DNA from: Longimicrobiales bacterium
GTDB lineage: Bacteria; Gemmatimonadota; Gemmatimonadetes; Longimicrobiales; Gaopeijiaceae
DNA: 64,000 nt
Reading direction: 5' to 3'
Assembly: GCA_965249725.1 (NCBI GenBank)
Contig: CBDFMQ010000002.1
Location: forward strand, 992,001-1,056,000
Shown one piece after another: positions 1 through 9,687 of this stretch (positions are counted from its first letter, which is position 1; the number at the start of each line of letters is the position of its first letter). The notes under the pieces are model-generated. The model ran no database searches and was not told the origin of the DNA. It saw only the letters and a list, made by a program, of their open reading frames with translations. The translations under genes and the position numbers were made by a program.

Positions 1-885
1 CGTGGTGAGGAGGGATGCATCGCTCTCCTCCGTGATCTCGGAGAAGCGAAGCGTGTCACGGCCCAGGAGCACGCCCCGCCGGATCCGCATCACGACCGCG
101 GCAGCGAGTTCTCCGTCTCTGGCCAGACCGACCACGTCGTAGTCACCACCCCGGAGCTTCTCGACTCGCTGCTGGCGGGCCAAGGAATCCAATGCGGAGA
201 CGGCATCACGCAGGCGCCCCGCACGCTCGAACTCCAACTCGACCGAAGCCTCCCGCATCCGTTCTTCCACCCGCTGCCGCACATCCTCGGTCTCGCCGTC
301 CAACACCTTGAGGATCTCGTCGATCATCGCCCCGTAGGAGGCCTGATCCTGATAACCCACGCATGGGGCCAGACACCGTCCGATGTGATAGTCCAGACAT
401 GGCCTCTCTGGCGCCTCGCGGGGCAGGTCGTACCGACAGGAGCGCACCGTGTAGAGTCGTTTGATGATCTCCAGCGCATCGCGCATGGACCCGACGGAGG
501 TGTACGGCCCGAAGTATCGGGAGCCGTCGTCGTTCAGCTTGCGCGTTACGAAGACGCGCGGAAACGGCTCCCGGGTGGTCACCTTGATATACGGATACCG
601 CTTGTCGTCACGGAGCTGGATGTTGAAGCGTGGCCGATGCTCCTTGATGAGATTGGCCTCGAGGATGAGTGCCTCGGCTTCCGAGCCGACGACGATCGTC
701 TCGACGTCCTCCACATGCCGCACCAACTCCTGCGTCTTCAAGGACTTGCCGGAGCCCCGGAAATAGCTTCTGACGCGCGATCTGAGGGACTTCGCCTTGC
801 CGACGTAGATGATCTCGCCTGATGCGTCCCTGAAGAGGTAGACGCCGGGACGGGTCGGAAGCCCTCTGAGCTGATCTTTGATCAC
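1..885 (-). CDS. uvrC: Excinuclease ABC subunit C, N-terminal part (runs off the window)
   Basis: Manual translation from GTG at 885: MIKDQLRGLPTRPGVYLFRDASGEIIYVGKAKSLRSRVRSYF (GIY-YIG). Absent from the ORF track because the stop lies outside the window. Confidence 0.93.
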   Translation of the reverse strand, partial: MIKDQLRGLPTRPGVYLFRDASGEIIYVGKAKSLRSRVRSYFRGSGKSLKTQELVRHVEDVETIVVGSEAEALILEANLIKEHRPRFNIQLRDDKRYPYIKVTTREPFPRVFVTRKLNDDGSRYFGPYTSVGSMRDALEIIKRLYTVRSCRYDLPREAPERPCLDYHIGRCLAPCVGYQDQASYGAMIDEILKVLDGETEDVRQRVEERMREASVELEFERAGRLRDAVSALDSLARQQRVEKLRGGDYDVVGLARDGELAAAVVMRIRRGVLLGRDTLRFSEITEESDASLLTT

Positions 886-907
886 GGACCGTTCCCATGG
901 AGCAGGT

Positions 908-2557
908 TCACTGGGACCCGCGGTCGCCTCGCAGCAGTTCCCGCAAAGGAGCCCCTACTCCGAGACGCTCACTAGCCACCAGATAGGTTACACCGAACAC
1001 CAGCGCGGTGGCCAAAGCGAGGGCGGGCTGTAGAAGCCAGGGGGCGGAGTCACCAAGCAGTCCCGTCAACAGCCCGTCCCGCCGAGGCACCGTGGACCCC
1101 AGCACCCACTTGGCCAGCACACCGGCCAGAGCCGCAACCGTGCCTGCGACCAGCAGACGCGACCGCACACCGGAGGCCGGTCCGTGAGCGCCCAGAGCGC
1201 GACCCAGCCGTCTGCGCAGCATCGCGTACTCCAGCCATGCGGCCACGGAGGCTCCCAGAGCCAACCCCACCGCCCCGTAGCGGAGCGCTCCCGATCCGAA
1301 GCGGTCGAGCGGAAACATCAGGGACACACCGATCACGAGAGACACCACCACCCTCAGGTAGGCCATGCGGGCCGGCGTGCGGGTATCGCGCAGCGCATAG
1401 AAGGCCGTGGAGAGAACTCTAGACCCCGAGGACGCGAGCAGACCCAACGCATAGGCGGCCAGGACGGCGTGCACGACCGGTGTATCCGTGGCGAGGAAGC
1501 TCCCCCGCTGATAGATGCCCCCGATGAATAGATCGCCCAACAGCACGAAGGCCAATGTGGACGGGATCAGGAGGAAGTGGATGCGCTCGAGTGCCTTCGA
1601 GACCTGGGCCGCCAGTTCCTCGGGCGGTCGGGCCCGCTGCCGGGAGAGTTCGGGCAGCTCGGATGCGGCGATGGACATAGCGAACAGTGAGATCGGCAGG
1701 ACGTAGAGCGTCTGTGCGTAGCCCAGGGCAGCGACGGCTCCCTCGACCAGCAGCGCAGCGAGGAACACGTCGAGAAGACTCCCGATGTTCACCACTCCCC
1801 GCGCAGCCACCACCGGTACGAAATTGCGAACGGCCTCCGCGACACCCGATGCCGTGCGGTTCAACGACAGCCGGAAGTGTGACAATAGAGGGATCACGAA
1901 AGGAAGCTGTACGGCCAACTGCAGGATTCCCCCGGCGAAAGCTCCCCAGGCCACGGCCACCAGGAGCGCCCGATCCGTCCAGCCCATCCCGAAGCCCAAC
2001 CCGACGATGGTGATGAGAATGGCCCCATTCCACGCGACCGGCGCCACGTAAGACACGAAGAACCGTCGGTGGCTGTTGAGGATGGCGAGCGCCCATGCCG
2101 AAATCACGAGCACCGCAGTCATCGGAAAGAGGATCTGCACCATGGTGATGGTCAGGGCCAGCTTCTCGGGGTCCCAGCGGAAGAAGAAGACCGGAACCAG
2201 GACCGGTGCCAGAACGACCCCCAACAGCGCTGCACCGCCGGCCACCACCATTAGAATGCCGAGGACCGCTCCCGCGAAACGGCCCGAATCCTCTTCTCTG
2301 CCCTCTTCCAGGAACTCCGCGTAGACGGGGATGACCGAGGCGCTCAAGGTCCCTTCCCCCAACAGATTCTGGATGACGTTGGGCGCCTTCAGAGAGACCC
2401 GCCAGACGTCGGCCAGCCCCGTGTTGCCGAAGAAGTACGCGAAGATCACATCGCGCACGAACCCACTGATCCGACTGAAAAAAATGCCCGCACCGACCAT
2501 GAAGGCGGCACGGGGACGTCGGCCCGAAGTGGGGTCGGGGCTACGCGTCTTGGTCAC
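908..2557 (-). CDS. murJ: Lipid II flippase MurJ/MviN
   Basis: SRISGFVRD..AYFFG and LGEGTLSASVIP motifs, many TM helices. True start may be the ATG near 2500. Confidence 0.93.
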   Translation of the reverse strand: MTKTRSPDPTSGRRPRAAFMVGAGIFFSRISGFVRDVIFAYFFGNTGLADVWRVSLKAPNVIQNLLGEGTLSASVIPVYAEFLEEGREEDSGRFAGAVLGILMVVAGGAALLGVVLAPVLVPVFFFRWDPEKLALTITMVQILFPMTAVLVISAWALAILNSHRRFFVSYVAPVAWNGAILITIVGLGFGMGWTDRALLVAVAWGAFAGGILQLAVQLPFVIPLLSHFRLSLNRTASGVAEAVRNFVPVVAARGVVNIGSLLDVFLAALLVEGAVAALGYAQTLYVLPISLFAMSIAASELPELSRQRARPPEELAAQVSKALERIHFLLIPSTLAFVLLGDLFIGGIYQRGSFLATDTPVVHAVLAAYALGLLASSGSRVLSTAFYALRDTRTPARMAYLRVVVSLVIGVSLMFPLDRFGSGALRYGAVGLALGASVAAWLEYAMLRRRLGRALGAHGPASGVRSRLLVAGTVAALAGVLAKWVLGSTVPRRDGLLTGLLGDSAPWLLQPALALATALVFGVTYLVASERLGVGAPLRELLRGDRGSQ

Positions 2558-2819
2558 CGGGCGGAAGCGCTTCGGAGGTTGGTCGCTCCGTGAGCAGCTT
2601 GTTCAGGAACTGGCTCTCTTCTTCGAGGCGACGCACCTCGGAGGTCAGCCGCTCGAACTCCCCCTCCAGATAGGAGAGCCGCTCCGCTGTCACCTCATCC
2701 GTACCAGAGCCCAGGCTGCGCCGCTCGAGGCGTCCCGCGATAGCCCGTCCTACCGGCGAATCCAAAACGATCGCCAGAATGGGAATCAACAGAACCAGGA
2801 CAAAAATGAGTTGAAACAT
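2541..2819 (-). CDS. Small single-pass membrane protein with coiled coil
   Basis: 92 aa, N-terminal hydrophobic helix followed by a heptad-like segment; operonic position. Confidence 0.75.
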   Translation of the reverse strand: MFQLIFVLVLLIPILAIVLDSPVGRAIAGRLERRSLGSGTDEVTAERLSYLEGEFERLTSEVRRLEEESQFLNKLLTERPTSEALPPGDQDA

Positions 2820-2830
2820 GATCTCTGAAA

Positions 2831-4486
2831 CTATCCCGTCCCATCGGTCAAATCTACCTCGAAGCCATCTACCAAGGCGTCGATGAATCCGTTCCCGTAG
2901 CGGGTCAGATAGTACAGCGGATTCAGGACCCTCTCCTGCGGTTTGCCATCCGGAAAGAGGTGCAGGTGGGCCTTTTTGAGCTGTGCCAGGCCGATTTCGT
3001 TCTCGCGCTTCACACTCTGCACGATCTTGCGTTCAACGTCCTGGAAGGCGGAAAGTGCGGTGTTCCTGGCGTGGGTGACCGGACCCTTGAGCGTGGGATC
3101 GATGTTCCGGGCCGCCTTCATGAGCTCTCCGGAACCTTCCGAAACGGACCCCCTCAGCTCTCCAAGGGCGCGGCGTACATCCCCGGGCACCTCCTCGCGG
3201 GCGATATCGGAGGCGATTTCATGATACGGACGCCTGAGGTCGTCCGGCTCCAGGTCGAATTTGTCGAGGACCTTCCGGATCTTCGCTTCGACGACCGTCA
3301 CGGCATGCCTCGGAAAGAGTACCGGCATTCTCATGTCGTGAGCCTCGTAGAGGCGCTTCAGTTGCCCGTAGTACGCCAATTCTCCAGGCCCGGCCACATA
3401 GCTGACGACAGGAAACACCGTGCTCTCGACTAACGGGCGGAACAACACGTTGGGGCTCAAGGCGAGAGGATCTGCTTCGACGCGGGCCCTGATCTCATCC
3501 GACGTCACGGTCTCGCCGGAGCGATGCAGCTCGAAGCCTTCTGGATGCCGGTACAGCCGCTCCCGACCCTCGGGGCCCTCGAGAAAGAGGTTCACGCCAC
3601 CCTCGAGAATCGGCGCCTGGACCCCATGGCCAGCATTCTGGAGCTTCTCGGCGTCCTCTCGGAGGATCTCTTCGTGGGCCTCGGCGTTCTCGAGTTCCGC
3701 GAAGAGTACGTCGTGCGAAGCGGCCTTCAGAGAAGGGTTCGCCGCGTCCGCGAAGAGAACACCGAGCGGTTCAAAGAAGTTTGCAAGGACCGCTCGAAAG
3801 CCGTCCGCCAGCGTCGCACCGGGCTTATATGCATCTCGAACCAACTCGATGTAGGACCCGCTAAACTCTGAATTGGGAAGGAGTTCCGACACCTCAGCAA
3901 CCAAGCTTTTCACCTCGGCCCCAAGGGGCACGCGGTGGATGGCACGATTGGCCGATCCGGGGTCGGGCGCTCGCACACGCTTCAGTTGGTTGGATCCGTC
4001 GATCAGGAAAGTGTGATCCGATTCCTCCCAATCGTGGTCCTCCGAAGCGATCCAGAACACCGGCAGAATCGGTCGATCGAGGAGCGCCTCGAGGCGTTTC
4101 GCCAATCGAACGGTGGTGAGCCCTTTGTACAGAGAGTACAGAGGTCCTCCCATGAGCCCCGGCTGCTGACCCGTGGTGACCATGAGGCCTGAACCCTCTA
4201 CCCAACGGTCCAGCCGTTCCTGACCCACGCCACATCGGGTCTCCATCGCCTCGAGGGCCCGACACCTCGCGTCCTCGTCGAAGCGCCGATCGATGCTCTC
4301 GAGCATCGCCTTGTACGAGGCGGGGTCCTGCCAGGGGCCGTTGAAGTACTCCGAGGCTGCCGGATCACCCTCGATGTATGCGTTCACGAAGGGAGAGCCA
4401 GCAGGCCTCCTTATCAGTAGCTCGAGATTCAGGCTGCCCTCCGGGTCGGAATAGTCCGACAGAAGACCATCATCGGGGTCCATCAC
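2831..4486 (-). CDS. bshC: Bacillithiol biosynthesis cysteine-adding enzyme
   Basis: TGQQPGLMGGPLY, FWIASEDHDW, SPNVLFRP, YVAGPGELAYY and PQERVLN motifs. Confidence 0.93.
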   Translation of the reverse strand: MMDPDDGLLSDYSDPEGSLNLELLIRRPAGSPFVNAYIEGDPAASEYFNGPWQDPASYKAMLESIDRRFDEDARCRALEAMETRCGVGQERLDRWVEGSGLMVTTGQQPGLMGGPLYSLYKGLTTVRLAKRLEALLDRPILPVFWIASEDHDWEESDHTFLIDGSNQLKRVRAPDPGSANRAIHRVPLGAEVKSLVAEVSELLPNSEFSGSYIELVRDAYKPGATLADGFRAVLANFFEPLGVLFADAANPSLKAASHDVLFAELENAEAHEEILREDAEKLQNAGHGVQAPILEGGVNLFLEGPEGRERLYRHPEGFELHRSGETVTSDEIRARVEADPLALSPNVLFRPLVESTVFPVVSYVAGPGELAYYGQLKRLYEAHDMRMPVLFPRHAVTVVEAKIRKVLDKFDLEPDDLRRPYHEIASDIAREEVPGDVRRALGELRGSVSEGSGELMKAARNIDPTLKGPVTHARNTALSAFQDVERKIVQSVKRENEIGLAQLKKAHLHLFPDGKPQERVLNPLYYLTRYGNGFIDALVDGFEVDLTDGTG

Positions 4487-4968
4487 GATCGTGCGCCCCC
4501 CTTATGGTATGGCTCGTTTCTCAGAATTGTCCCGGCGCGGTACAGCTGCTCTGCCAACACCAGGCGTGCAAGCTCATGCGGAAGAGTGCCCGCCGAAAGG
4601 GCCAAGGTCCGATTCGCACGCTTCAGCACGCTCGCACCGAGCCCGAAGGCACCGCCCACGACGAAGGTCACCTCAGGAACCGAGCGTAGGGCCAAGTTTT
4701 CGAGATACCGGGCGAACTCCACCGAGTCCATCGCGTTTCCAGTGCGGCTCAGGGCTATGACCTCGGCCCGATCGCCCACCTGCTTCAAGATCGACTCTTC
4801 CTCTGTCTTCACGGCCCGCTGTGCGTCCCCCTTCCCCTTCCCGCCCGTACCGGAAGGCAGTTCGATCACGCGCAGCTTCCAATACCGCTCGGCCCGGCCC
4901 TCATACTCCTCGATCGCAGCCTTCAGGCTGGACCCGGCTCGCCCAATCACGACGACGGTGATCGTCAT
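4483..4968 (-). CDS. rlmH: 23S rRNA pseudouridine-1915 methyltransferase
   Basis: SPOUT motifs FVVGGAFG, LPHELARLVLAEQLYRA and PYHK. Confidence 0.95.
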   Translation of the reverse strand: MTITVVVIGRAGSSLKAAIEEYEGRAERYWKLRVIELPSGTGGKGKGDAQRAVKTEEESILKQVGDRAEVIALSRTGNAMDSVEFARYLENLALRSVPEVTFVVGGAFGLGASVLKRANRTLALSAGTLPHELARLVLAEQLYRAGTILRNEPYHKGGARS

Positions 4969-5969
4969 CTACCCTCCAACGCTTGCCCAACGAGGGCCAT
5001 CACCTCATCAAGGCCGGACTCCCAGCTCACGCGCAAACCTAACACGTAAGTCGTCGGGAGCAGGCTCGAGAACTCCCTCAGCTTGACCGCGTCCTTTTGC
5101 GTGACCACGAGAGGGCGTCCATTCGCTTCCTTCACGATCCTCTGCACGTCGCCCCGGCGGAAATCATGGTGGTCCGGAAACGCGAGTATGCTTACGGACG
5201 CACGGGTCTCCTCCTCTACCATTCTTCCAAACAGCTCGGGCTCAGCCACACCCGTCACGGCGAGGAACGCGTCGCCCTGCGGCGCTGATCTATGTGCCCC
5301 GGCGAGATCGGTCCATTCCGCCGCCTCGAACGCCACGTGGCCCCGGACTGCTACGACTCCCATCTCCTCGGCCACCCGATCGGCCTGTGCGCGGCTGGCT
5401 ACCTTCCGCGTCACCACTACAACGTCGGCGCGGTTGAGTGAACCAACCCCCTCCCTGAGGCGTCCCCTCGGCAGGAGCGCTCGGCGTGTGCCGTGTTCCG
5501 CAGCGACCAGCACGATGTCGACGTCCCGTCCGATGGCACGATGCTGGAACCCATCGTCGAGCACGGCCACATCGGCACCCCGCTCCGCCGCGAGGGCGAC
5601 CCCCCTGAACCGGTGGGCGTCGACGACCACGATCGCGTCGGGGTTCCAGGCCTGATGCAACTGCACCTCATCCGATCCATAGCCCCGGGTGACGAGGGCG
5701 GGACGCCTCCCCATCTCGGCAAGACGGGCGACCAGCCAACCTGAGAAAGGGGTCTTTCCCGTGCCTCCAACGGCCAGGTTCCCTACGGAGAGCACCGGGA
5801 TCGACGGTTGGTTCGTCGGTAGGATTCCGAGGCGGTACCCCTGGTTCCTCAGGCCGATCACCACGCGATAGAGCAGCTCCAGGGGAAACAGCACCGCGCC
5901 GCCGATCAGACCCGGCAACCCGGCTTCTCCGCTCCACAGCCGCCGCAGCCAGGTGCGCAGGCTCCTCAT
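4965..5969 (-). CDS. lpxK: Tetraacyldisaccharide 4'-kinase
   Basis: SVGNLAVGGTGKTP, LDDGFQH, FPDHH and TQKDAVK motifs. Confidence 0.95.
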   Translation of the reverse strand: MRSLRTWLRRLWSGEAGLPGLIGGAVLFPLELLYRVVIGLRNQGYRLGILPTNQPSIPVLSVGNLAVGGTGKTPFSGWLVARLAEMGRRPALVTRGYGSDEVQLHQAWNPDAIVVVDAHRFRGVALAAERGADVAVLDDGFQHRAIGRDVDIVLVAAEHGTRRALLPRGRLREGVGSLNRADVVVVTRKVASRAQADRVAEEMGVVAVRGHVAFEAAEWTDLAGAHRSAPQGDAFLAVTGVAEPELFGRMVEEETRASVSILAFPDHHDFRRGDVQRIVKEANGRPLVVTQKDAVKLREFSSLLPTTYVLGLRVSWESGLDEVMALVGQALEGR

Positions 5970-6619
5970 ACCCGGTCACCGACCCGCACCGAGAGATCCG
6001 CGAGGGTCTGCGTCAGACTCCGGATGACGTCCTCGACCTCTTGATCACCGGCGTCGCGGCCGATGATACAAGGGGCACCGTACGCTACCCGGACCGTGGA
6101 AAACGGTCGCGGAATCAGAAACCGGTCCCAACTGTCGGCCCGCCAACCCGCGCTGGCACCCACACCGATCGGAATGAGCGGGAGGCCCGTCATGCGAGCG
6201 ACCGTGATGGCGCCGGGCTTGAACTCACGATTCGGGCCCCGGGGTCCGTCGGGGGTCACCGCCAGGTCATGACCACTCCGGGCCGCTCGGATGAGCCCCT
6301 TCAGGCCGCGCACTCCGCCTCGAGTGCTCGATCCGCGCACGGTTCCGAAGCCGAAACGCTCGAGGATCCGTGTGATGTATTCGCCATCACCGTGCTCGCT
6401 GACGAGGACCACGGCCCGCTGTCGCCGGTGGACGTGGACCAACGGAAGAAGACGCCCGTGCCAGAAAACGAAGATCACCGGCGTCCCGGCATCCCGGAAC
6501 GGCTTCAGATGCTCTTCTCCCATGGTCTGGAGCCGAACGGTCAGGAACAGTGACCCCACCAATCCCTGGCCCAATACGCCGGCCGCGGAGTACCGAAGTC
6601 CCGAATTGTCATAGCTCAC
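5966..6619 (-). CDS. DUF374 / lysophospholipid acyltransferase-like protein
   Basis: FWHGR, SEHGDGE, VRGSSTRGG and TPDGPRGP motifs. GTG start at 6619 overlaps the lpxB stop. Confidence 0.85.
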   Translation of the reverse strand: MSYDNSGLRYSAAGVLGQGLVGSLFLTVRLQTMGEEHLKPFRDAGTPVIFVFWHGRLLPLVHVHRRQRAVVLVSEHGDGEYITRILERFGFGTVRGSSTRGGVRGLKGLIRAARSGHDLAVTPDGPRGPNREFKPGAITVARMTGLPLIPIGVGASAGWRADSWDRFLIPRPFSTVRVAYGAPCIIGRDAGDQEVEDVIRSLTQTLADLSVRVGDRV

Positions 6620-7746
6620 GTGCCCATCACGATCTGCCCGGCCAGATCCGCCACACGTCGGGCCGCGCCGGGTTCGCCCAGCGCTCCACGAATGCGGCCG
6701 AGGCCCTGCACCATCCGCTCTCGCTCGCCGGAGTTCAGATCGAGCAGGGGACGAAGCAAGGAGGCGAGGTGATCCGGCGTGGCTTCCCCTTGCAGTACCT
6801 CCGGAACGACGTCCTCTCCCGCTACGAGGTTGGCCAATGCAACCCGGTCGACCCGGACCAAGCGACGGGCGAGCCAATACGTGAGCGGGTGCGTCCGGTA
6901 CACCGTAACGAAAGGAGTGCCCCGGAGTGCCGCCTCGAGCGTGGTCGTCCCCGACTTCACCAAGGCGGCCCGGGAGTGGGTCAAGAGACTGCGGGCGTCG
7001 TCCACCACGGTAAGGTCGGAGTCACCGAACCCAGAGACGGGAATGGACGACGCCTTCGCCCAGACCAACTGCAACTCCGGCGTCGTCTCCTGCGATCGTC
7101 TGCCTGTAGCGAGGAAGAGGTCACGATGCCGCCGGAGCTCCTGTGTACGGGACCCCGGGAAGAGGGCCACGATGGGCTGGTCGGGGTCCAGTTTCCACCG
7201 CTCACAGAATTCCCGCCGGTCCGGCTGCGGTACGCCTTCCTCCAGCAGAGGATGACCCACGAACGTGACGCGGGCTCCCGCTGCTTCGAAGACCTCGACC
7301 TCGAACGGGAGGATCACGGCCAACCGGTCACAGTCCTCCGCGAGGCGCCGGGCTCGGCCGGGCTTCCATGCCCATACCTGCGGTGCGATGTAGTAGAGAA
7401 CCGGGATGTTGCGGCGCCGTGCTTCCTTGGCGATCCGGAGGTTGAACCCCGGGTAGTCGATGGGTAGAACGAGATCGACGTCACCACGATCCAGAAGGGC
7501 CAGAACCCGACGTTCCAATCGGTAGAAAAAGGGTAGGTGCGTAAGGACTTCTGCGAACCCCATCACTGCGAGGCGATCAAGACCCTCCAGCACCTCGACG
7601 CCCTCGGCCCGCATGGCGTCGCCTCCCAGACCCAGCAGGCGGCACCCAGGCCACCGGGCCTTCAGCTCCCGAGCGACTCCCGCTCCGTGCTGGTCACCCG
7701 AGGCCTCCCCGGCGAGCATGAGAATCGTGGGCGTTGCGTTACCCAC
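6616..7746 (-). CDS. lpxB: Lipid-A-disaccharide synthase
   Basis: AGEASGD, IDYPGFN, PQVWAW, PGSR and KSGTTTLE motifs. GTG at 7746 preferred over 7767. Confidence 0.95.
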   Translation of the reverse strand: MGNATPTILMLAGEASGDQHGAGVARELKARWPGCRLLGLGGDAMRAEGVEVLEGLDRLAVMGFAEVLTHLPFFYRLERRVLALLDRGDVDLVLPIDYPGFNLRIAKEARRRNIPVLYYIAPQVWAWKPGRARRLAEDCDRLAVILPFEVEVFEAAGARVTFVGHPLLEEGVPQPDRREFCERWKLDPDQPIVALFPGSRTQELRRHRDLFLATGRRSQETTPELQLVWAKASSIPVSGFGDSDLTVVDDARSLLTHSRAALVKSGTTTLEAALRGTPFVTVYRTHPLTYWLARRLVRVDRVALANLVAGEDVVPEVLQGEATPDHLASLLRPLLDLNSGERERMVQGLGRIRGALGEPGAARRVADLAGQIVMGT

Positions 7747-7753
7747 GGAGCCC

Positions 7754-7888
7754 TCAGAATCCGACACCCAAGTACCAGATTACAATGAGGAGGACGACCA
7801 ACAGGAAGACGAGCTGTTTCGGCGGCAGCCCCTTCTTCTTGTCGATCCAGTTTTTCTTCCGGTCACGCCTTACGCGTATCAGCGACAT
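7754..7888 (-). CDS. 44-aa small membrane protein (not in ORF track)
   Basis: MSLIRVRRDRKKNWIDKKKGLPPKQLVFLLVVLLIVIWYLGVGF*: basic N-terminus plus one TM helix; fills the gap before lpxB. Confidence 0.65.
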   Translation of the reverse strand: MSLIRVRRDRKKNWIDKKKGLPPKQLVFLLVVLLIVIWYLGVGF

Positions 7889-8894
7889 AGGTCTCGATGC
7901 GCTCCTCGATCAGTAGGGATATCGCAAGGGCAGAGCGCCCATCCTCACCGTCCACCGCCGGTGTCCCCCGCCCTACGACCGCGTCAGAGAAGTTCTCCAG
8001 TTCCTTGGCCAGCGGCTCGGCGCCATCGCCCTGTAAGGGAATGCGCTCCACGAGATCGGCCAGTCCACCCTCGGGCAGGACCTCGAGGTCCGGTCCTCCC
8101 GAAAAGAGAGGCAGATTCTGCTTGAGCCTGAGAAACTCACCGGTTCCGTCGGCGAGGTTGAGGCTGAGATACCCTGACTCCTGGAAGATCCGGAGCTTTC
8201 TCATCCGCTCCGTCGAGACCCGGCTCGCCGTGAGGTTCGCCACCGCTCCCCCCTCGAACCCGAGCCTCGCGTTCGCAATGTCGATGCTCGGTGTCAGAAC
8301 CGGAATCCCGGTGGCTGCGATGTCGATTACAGGCTTCCCCACCAGGCTCTGGACCAGATCGACATCATGGATCATCAGGTCGAGCACCACCGCCACGTCG
8401 ATGCTCCTCGGAACGAACGGCGCGAGCCTGTGAGACTCGATGAAGAGAGGAGCCTGAAGGAAGGGCTCCGCGGCTCGAATGGCCGCGTTGAACCGCTCAA
8501 CGTGCCCCACCTGGACGATCGCACCGCTCGCGGCGGAGGCCTCGAGCATGCGGTCGGCCGCATCGAGCGAAGGGGCCATCGGTTTTTCCACCAGAACGCC
8601 CACGCCCTGTGTCAGAGCCGCAACGGCCGCCGCCTCATGCTCTACGGTGGGCACCGCCACTACGATCCCGTCTGCCTGATCGAGTAGGGCCTCCAGGCTG
8701 GAATGGACCTCGACTTCCAGCTCACCACCCACCTCGCGGGCTCGGTCGGAGTCGACATCGTAGATGCCCGCCATCCGCACACCGCCGAGGGAGCGGAGAA
8801 TGCGAGCGTGGTGATAGCCCAGGCTCCCAACCCCTGCGACACCGATCGCGGGAGACTCCAGGGACGACCCGCTAGGTCGTGATGCCACGCTCAC
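7863..8894 (-). CDS. Gfo/Idh/MocA NAD-dependent oxidoreductase (GnnA-like by context)
   Basis: GVGSLG, VEKP, GHVERFN and DLMIHD motifs; lies between lpxA and lpxB. Confidence 0.88.
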   Translation of the reverse strand: MSVASRPSGSSLESPAIGVAGVGSLGYHHARILRSLGGVRMAGIYDVDSDRAREVGGELEVEVHSSLEALLDQADGIVVAVPTVEHEAAAVAALTQGVGVLVEKPMAPSLDAADRMLEASAASGAIVQVGHVERFNAAIRAAEPFLQAPLFIESHRLAPFVPRSIDVAVVLDLMIHDVDLVQSLVGKPVIDIAATGIPVLTPSIDIANARLGFEGGAVANLTASRVSTERMRKLRIFQESGYLSLNLADGTGEFLRLKQNLPLFSGGPDLEVLPEGGLADLVERIPLQGDGAEPLAKELENFSDAVVGRGTPAVDGEDGRSALAISLLIEERIETYVADTRKA

Positions 8895-9687
8895 TGTCCC
8901 GGATGAAGGTCAGGAGGTGTCTTACCTCGGGAATCTGAGCGACCTCGGCCTCTGCTTTGGTCAGCGCCTCGGAGAGGTTGAGCTTGGACTGGAAGAGCGT
9001 CCGATAGGCCTGCTTCAGCGCCTTCTTCACATCCTCGGACACTCCACGCCGCTCCAGGCCGACCGTGTTCAGGCCATAGAGTTTGGCGGGGTTGCCCGCC
9101 ACCCTGAGATACGGCGGAATGTCCTGTGGGATGCGAGACCCGCCCCCACAGAACGAGTGGGCGCCGATGCGCACGAACTGATGGATGGCCGTCACACCGC
9201 CGACGATCACCCAGTCTTCGATGATCACGTGACCTGCCATGTTCACGGCGTTCGAGAGAATGACGTGATTCCCGATCTCACAGTCGTGGGCCACATGGAC
9301 GTAGGCCATGATGAGGCAATCGCTGCCGACCACCGTCTTGCGGGAGGCCCTCGTGCCCCGGTTGAGGGTGGCATACTCGCGAATCACCGTGCGGTCGCCG
9401 ACGTAGAGGTGCGATGCCTCGCCCTCGTACTTCAAGTCCTGTGGATCCGTGCCCAACACCGCACCCTGTTCGATCTGGCACTGCTCGCCGATCGTGGTAT
9501 CCCGCTGCACCAGCACATGGCTGGCTATGACCGTCCCGTTTCCTACGGCCACGCCCGGGCCGATGATCGAGTACGGCCCGATCACCACATCCTTTCCCAG
9601 GCGAGCCCCCGGGTCCACAATCGCCGTCGGGTGGACGTCGACGTCGGTGCCGTCGCCCCCCCGATCACCCCAGTGTGTATCGCTCAT
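8872..9687 (-). CDS. lpxA: Acyl-ACP:UDP-GlcNAc acyltransferase
   Basis: Hexapeptide repeats, PQDLKY, HVAHDC and HQFVRIG motifs; ATG at 9687. Confidence 0.95.
   Translation of the reverse strand: MSDTHWGDRGGDGTDVDVHPTAIVDPGARLGKDVVIGPYSIIGPGVAVGNGTVIASHVLVQRDTTIGEQCQIEQGAVLGTDPQDLKYEGEASHLYVGDRTVIREYATLNRGTRASRKTVVGSDCLIMAYVHVAHDCEIGNHVILSNAVNMAGHVIIEDWVIVGGVTAIHQFVRIGAHSFCGGGSRIPQDIPPYLRVAGNPAKLYGLNTVGLERRGVSEDVKKALKQAYRTLFQSKLNLSEALTKAEAEVAQIPEVRHLLTFIRDSERGITT

Noticed and set aside
608..898. 96-aa ORF suggesting a uvrC frameshift
   Set aside because: The true uvrC frame starts at GTG 885; this ORF is an off-frame overlap.
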